Positions 59,401 through 64,000 of a DNA stretch of 64,000 bases are shown here, in pieces. The notes under the pieces are model-generated. The model had not been told where the DNA came from. It was given only the letters and a program-made list of their open reading frames with translations, and did no database searches. The DNA comes from Phoronis australis. Lineage: Eukaryota; Animalia; Phoronida. A program made the position numbers and the translations under genes. Each line of letters opens with the position of its first letter. Within the stretch, counting starts at the first letter, position 1. Location of the stretch: the NCBI GenBank assembly GCA_002633005.1, contig NMRA01000404.1, positions 85,394-149,393 on the forward strand, read 5' to 3'.

Positions 59401-62400
59401 GGTGGCGTTGTGTGCACACCCAAGGAAGGCGCCATTATGAGCCATTATAGCTGGGACTGAGTAAATCCGAAAAGTATTGTTCAACTGTTCTAGAGTGCCT
59501 GATCTTTGCAGTGCTCGCGTTCGAAACAGCAGACCGAAGTCCTGTCACTTCGTGTCTATAGATCGTATAGTTCATTGCTTACTTGAACGAGAAGCTCCAC
59601 CGTTATCTTGATTTGTTTCAGTTTTAGATAAGGTTTTGATTTGGACTTGATCAGTAATTGAACAAAAGCCATTGCAGTACCATCATTGGAAACCATTATT
59701 AGAATGTTTTAGTCCTGAGCCATTTATTCTGCTTTATATGTTACATGTTAAAGTCCCGACTAAACTGTGTAAATGTGCAGCACTTACGCGAAACCCGTCA
59801 GGTTAGTCAACTCACGTGACTTCACACTAAATAAGTAAGTGTATGAATCTGACTTACGATCAGCTTGCACGAAGCTGACTGCGCGCTGGAGACTAGAACG
59901 AGGTTGGTATTGGGTCAATCGAAGCCTGTTGGAGACCCCATCTACTACCGAGCCAAACCTCTTGCTGAGACAGCGTTCAGAATGAATTTGACGCAGTCAA
60001 CTTGGTGTAGTTTGAAGTGGGCTATTTCGGATTGACTCATGTAGCAATTATTATGCAAACGACCACGTCAGATTAGAACGAGGCTTTGTGGCATTTCTAT
60101 ACATGCTTAAGTAACCTAACTAATTACTAACTCACTTGACGTCAGACTGACCTTTGGCCTCCTTGACAAAACTCTCACGCTTTCTGAGTTCAGAAACTCC
60201 CACCAGTCTACTACCCCGTTGCCGTCAGCATCCATGACATGGAACCGCACCCTCTCTGTGTTAATTTCGTCTGCCGTAAGATTAGCCTCTGACCCACTGG
60301 CTCGATACCGGATGTACTCGTCCCAGTTTACCCCAGAATCTATGATCAACAATAAGCAATAACCAGGGTGTCAGTTGTTTTAGTTACAGAAACAGAACTG
60401 ATGTTAAGCATTGGCTATTATTAAAATGCCTAAATGACGTCATTCTGAAGTGCCGAATGAGGATAAATGACGAGTAAATTCAACCTCATATGCTTGTGCC
60501 TAGATGCATTTCGACATGAAACAAAGAAAAAACCACCAACATAATATACAGTACGGGAGAGAGGGGGAAGGGGGAGAGAGATAGGAGAAACTGATATCAT
60601 ATATCTCCGTATTTCTTAAATGATGTATATAGTACAATCTGATTTGGTTACCAACCAAGATATAAACCATAGCGGCTGGTTTCCAGATATGATTATTACT
60701 GAAATATACGCGATGACTTCACAGGAAAATTGTATTTATTTAGAATACGGACACTCAATTCCAAACGGAAAGAATTGGAGATGGCCAACGACGACACAAA
60801 GCGCATTCTGAAAAATTGCAGTGGTTCAAAAGATATGGCAAATGATAATACAATCTGTTTTGAGTTGATTTTTTTAACCCAGATCTAATGCCTCTTGGCG
60901 CTTTCTGGGTTATGTATATTCATTGTATTTTGAAGATTTCGTAATAAACATTAATATTTTTTTCGTTGGAGGTATAGTATGATGGTCGATAGTTTGTATT
61001 ATTAGTAATGCAACTGGGAAATAGTTATGGCGTTGTTCCACGTATGTTTTCTTGCAGTGGCCGATATTCAAAACTGTGAAAGTATCTAGGAAGCATTTTG
61101 TTCTTTATTTATACATTTGTAGAAGAACTTAAGGCAAGATAATGAAAATATATCCTTAAAAAGTAATATTTGCAGAGTTTTTCAAATTGGGCGAGTGTGG
61201 TTAAGGAATGGAGATTTGTACATTTGGACATTTTGTACAGCTTTTTTGTAACATTTTTGATCTTGTGAGTTATTATTAATTCTATTCTGCCTAAAGTGAA
61301 ATAGCATGCGTTTCGTTTTCGAGACTTTTTAAGAGAGCTTATTTGCTGAAAGCCATAAATAAATAGTTTGAAATAGATTGTTAATAGAATCAGTCTGCGT
61401 TCTTGGTATTCTTTGTCGATGAGTTCAGAACTATAGGATTGAGTAGACAAGTGCTATCGGCATACATGAGGACATTCATTGAGGTAACAGAGTGTAGATA
61501 ATTAATGTAGATTATGAATAACATTGGGCCTAATATTGCGCCTTGGGGAACCCCAATAGAAATGTTTGATAATGACGATGAATTGTTATTGTATGCGACA
61601 TATTATGACCTGTTGTGTAGATAACTAGAAAACCAGTTTAGTTCTGTGTTGAGGATACTATATTTTGTAAATTTGTGTTGTAATGTCAGGGTCTATTGTG
61701 TCAAATGCCTTTGAAAGGTCCACGAATATTGCTATTGAGGTGAAGTTACTATCAAGATATTCATAAATTCTGTTGATAAGCATGATTGGTCCGAAACCCA
61801 TACTGAGAGGTGTATAAGAAATCATGTTATATAAATTTGCTGGCAAAAAGTTTGGAGATAGATGGAAGGACTGATATAGGACGATAGTTGTTTAGAATAT
61901 TGGGATCAAGATCATTTTCTTAAAACATTGAACTAACTTTTGCTACTTTTAATTTGACTGGAAAAATACCAGAGTTCAAAGATTGATTTATAATAAAGGT
62001 CAACGGTTTTAATAGTGTCCGTGAATGCTGCTTTAAAAAACAGGAGGAATAGCCATGTGTGCACATCAGTGAAGCTTAGGCGCATGCGCCTTAATGCCAA
62101 ACACTTGGGTAAGTGTTATTTGGGATCAAGGCTTGTGGGTACATAAACGCACATAAAATGTAACAAATCACATTTGACCGTTATCACGAGAAAATAAAGT
62201 CACTGCAGCTAGCTATGAATGTCATTTTTACATATGTACTTCGCACGGAGTGCAACCAAGAAAAGTGAAATGTGCAGCTGAAAATGCCCTTAATATTAAT
62301 CTATATCCTGTGTTACGAAGGGGAGTTCGTGGCTTCACGCGTACTTGAGTAATTTATAGCCACCAGGTGTCCTCACGTACCTTGATTTATGTCCACCCTC

Positions 62401-63106
62401 TCAAAGTCCTCCAATATTTCTTTCATCTCTGCGTCAGTTAACAATTTACTTACATTATCCTGCAATGTCAAAATACATCGATTTCCACCTTCCTAAATAT
62501 TTTCTTCATGTCTTTCTTTTTCGTCTCTTTAAATATAAATCATCTCCAAACACCACACAATCTTTTGTAGTTTCGTAAGCTATCGCGCTAAGAGATTTTT
62601 AGACTAAACATGGTCTTCATAAAAATCACTGCATAGCTTTCAACTCACCAAATCTACGTGTAGCGGTCATTTTGTGTATTTCCGTACGTCACAGCCGCCG
62701 ACTAATATTTACTTATTTGTTTGTTTTTATTTTTATAAAACATTACCAATATGAGAACTGTCGTAACAATAAGAACTAAAATTGATTACAATTTAGAGAC
62801 GTTAAAGATGTGCCTTATGAAAATAAATATGGAACATCATACATCCACAAAAGATACGAAACTTTTTTCATTCTGCCGATTTCCGTCCGGATTTATCCGG
62901 CGTGCATTGAGGCCTATACTCACGCAGATGTGACAGCTCCATCCCACAGACGCCTTTGACCGCTCCACGAGGTCCAGGACTGACTCTCGCACTTCTCCAC
63001 ACTTTTTTAAACATTCATAGTGGTACGTCCGAGGACACACGCGGCAAGAGTACCCACCAAAGCCTGCATATCTGTCGCAGAGGAAACAGTATGGACTTGT
63101 CTCATT
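56360..63106 (-). CDS. PHF24: PHF24-like PHD-finger / EF-hand protein, 5'-partial
   Basis: Minus exons 63106-62924 (CFLC...CRVCPRTYHYECL...GWSCHIC), 62459-62381 (DNVSKLLTDAEM...), 60339-60152 (DADGNGVVDWWEFLNSES...RRPK), 58852-58686 (DEDGDGCITATE...CNVSVVS), 57672-57577 and/or 56726-56631, 56462-56360 (TVTLEEFVKAQAIYCISARPN...stop). Phases are consistent. CRVC, GWSCHxCDN and the terminal ARPN match PHF24 as I recall it. The N-terminal exons were not located. Confidence 0.88.
56631..56726 (-). CDS. PHF24: PHF24-like penultimate exon, copy 2
   Basis: ttttag|...|gtaagt; EKRASETFDMRFRMAENRAKLLIEDGGDLVLG; 96 nt, phase 2-2. Confidence 0.75.
56790..57200. repeat. C/A-rich degenerate satellite (CCCTCACCCAC)
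   Basis: Low-complexity tandem array with an N at 57060. Confidence 0.85.
57577..57672 (-). CDS. PHF24: PHF24-like penultimate exon, copy 1
   Basis: tttcag|...|gtaagt; ERRASENVDARVRMADKRSKFLIENGGDAILG; 96 nt, phase 2-2. Confidence 0.75.
58686..58852 (-). CDS. PHF24: PHF24-like EF-hand exon
   Basis: ADLVDMLEGKEIDSCQRMFACYDEDGDGCITATEARRAFMKWYEVLFVCNVSVVS; phase 0 to 2. A donor at 58708 is an alternative. Confidence 0.85.
58986..59131. mobile_element. Small hAT-like MITE
   Basis: TIR CAGTGCTGTAGTGG / CCACTACAGCACTG. Confidence 0.65.
60152..60339 (-). CDS. PHF24: PHF24-like EF-hand exon
   Basis: DSGVNWDEYIRYR...FHVMDADGNGVVDWWEFLNSESVRVLSRRPK; phase 1 to 0. Confidence 0.9.
61100..62035 (-). 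mobile_element. Degenerate L2/CR1-group LINE RT fragment (intronic)
   Basis: Minus strand: PLTFIINQSLNSGIFP, NNYRPIS, IAIFVDLSKAFDTID, NWFSSYL, GVPQGAILGPMLFIIYIN; frameshifts and an internal deletion. Confidence 0.85.
62381..62459 (-). CDS. PHF24: PHF24-like exon
   Basis: DNVSKLLTDAEMKEILEDFERVDINQ; phase 0 to 1. Confidence 0.88.
62924..63106 (-). CDS. PHF24: PHF24-like PHD-finger exon
   Basis: 61 codons, AG/GT bounded, phase 0-0. Confidence 0.9.
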
Positions 63107-63418
63107 CTGCAACAATACATCCAAGTGTTTGTCTCGGGATTGGATCAGGCTAGAGTGGGGTGCTGAAGTCACTGCGGCCACGCACAAGCGTCTACAGTCA
63201 ACAACATCACAGCTACACACCTGTGTAACTAGTATTGTTGTCAACAGTTACGAAACAGTGGGAGATTGATCGCGTGGAACCGGATACCAGTGGCTTCTAG
63301 AGGACGAGGAGGCAGTGTTTCATATCACGCCTAATCAGATACACCGCAGGGGTCATTTCACGAAGTCTAGCTGTTCCCCTATGCCACCCGCGGTGAAGAC
63401 AAAGTAACCCCAGGGTAG

Positions 63419-63704
63419 AATTCAGTAACACTAGGAGCTACGCCAGGACATCATGTTCTCGTTTAAACTAAACTGCAATATCTCACGTAATCTCGTGAAG
63501 TCTTGCTTTTTACCGAGGTCCCAGCGTTACTGAACTCAACCCATGCAGCCTCCCGTTCAGTAACGCTATAGGACCTCGCTAAAAAGCAAGACTTCGTGAG
63601 ATTACGTGAGATATTGCCCTGTATTTCAAATAAGAACACGTGACTTTGAATAGGTTTTAGCTAGGTCCTAGCGTAGGTTCTAGCGTCTACTGAACGCATG
63701 CCTG
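63419..63704. mobile_element. Nested fold-back / MITE structure
   Basis: Inner arms 63476-63536 and 63556-63617 (GCAATATCTCACGTAATCTC...TTACTGAAC and its complement); outer arms TTCAGTAACACTAGGAGCTACGCCAGGAC and GTCCTAGCGTAGGTTCTAGCGTCTACTGAA. Confidence 0.7.
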
Positions 63705-64000
63705 GTATAGCAAGGTGGCGATATGAGTCACCTAGCTGTCTCACGTGATCAGCCCTCATTGCTTCCTCCCAGGTGTTTACGTTAGGCTACTTCACAGACA
63801 AAACGTCCTTAGATTATTTTACTTTCATGTAACTTACTTTCGGCGAGACCAGGAAATTTTATTCAGAAGTCTTTTCTTAATCAATTTGATGAGACACTAA
63901 AATAACCTTTTCGCTAATGTGTATCTGTTTGGGAAGCCGAACCAAAGAAAAGTTTCTGATTGATGTGTGCAGTCTAGTTGGTCCTCCTTATTCCATTGAA

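Overview
AT-rich, repeat-dense animal (invertebrate-like) genomic DNA, not prokaryotic; most entries in the ORF track are noise. Three protein-coding loci can be supported. (1) On the + strand, an 18-coding-exon class I cytokine receptor of gp130/Domeless type (16511-47919, about 1141 aa). I rebuilt it by hand from GT-AG sites with fully consistent intron phases: signal peptide, Ig-like domain, cytokine-binding module with four Cys and YWSNPS, FN3 repeats, TM helix, and a long Tyr-bearing tail with a His-Cys repeat and a DSGYTS motif. (2) An intronless 418-aa protein-kinase-fold ORF lacking the HRD and DFG aspartates (pseudokinase, 53178-54434, +), behind a compact promoter with GAS, CRE, CCAAT, GC and TATA motifs. 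(3) On the - strand, the 3' part of a PHF24-like PHD-finger/EF-hand gene (63106 to 56360) containing two diverged, in-frame 96-nt copies of one exon. The rest is decayed retroelements (L1/Tx1, Gmr1-type Gypsy, L2/CR1-group), Helentron-type non-autonomous elements, many TIR elements (several with 5-bp target-site duplications), minisatellites, and tandem duplications at single-N scaffold gaps that are probably assembly artefacts.
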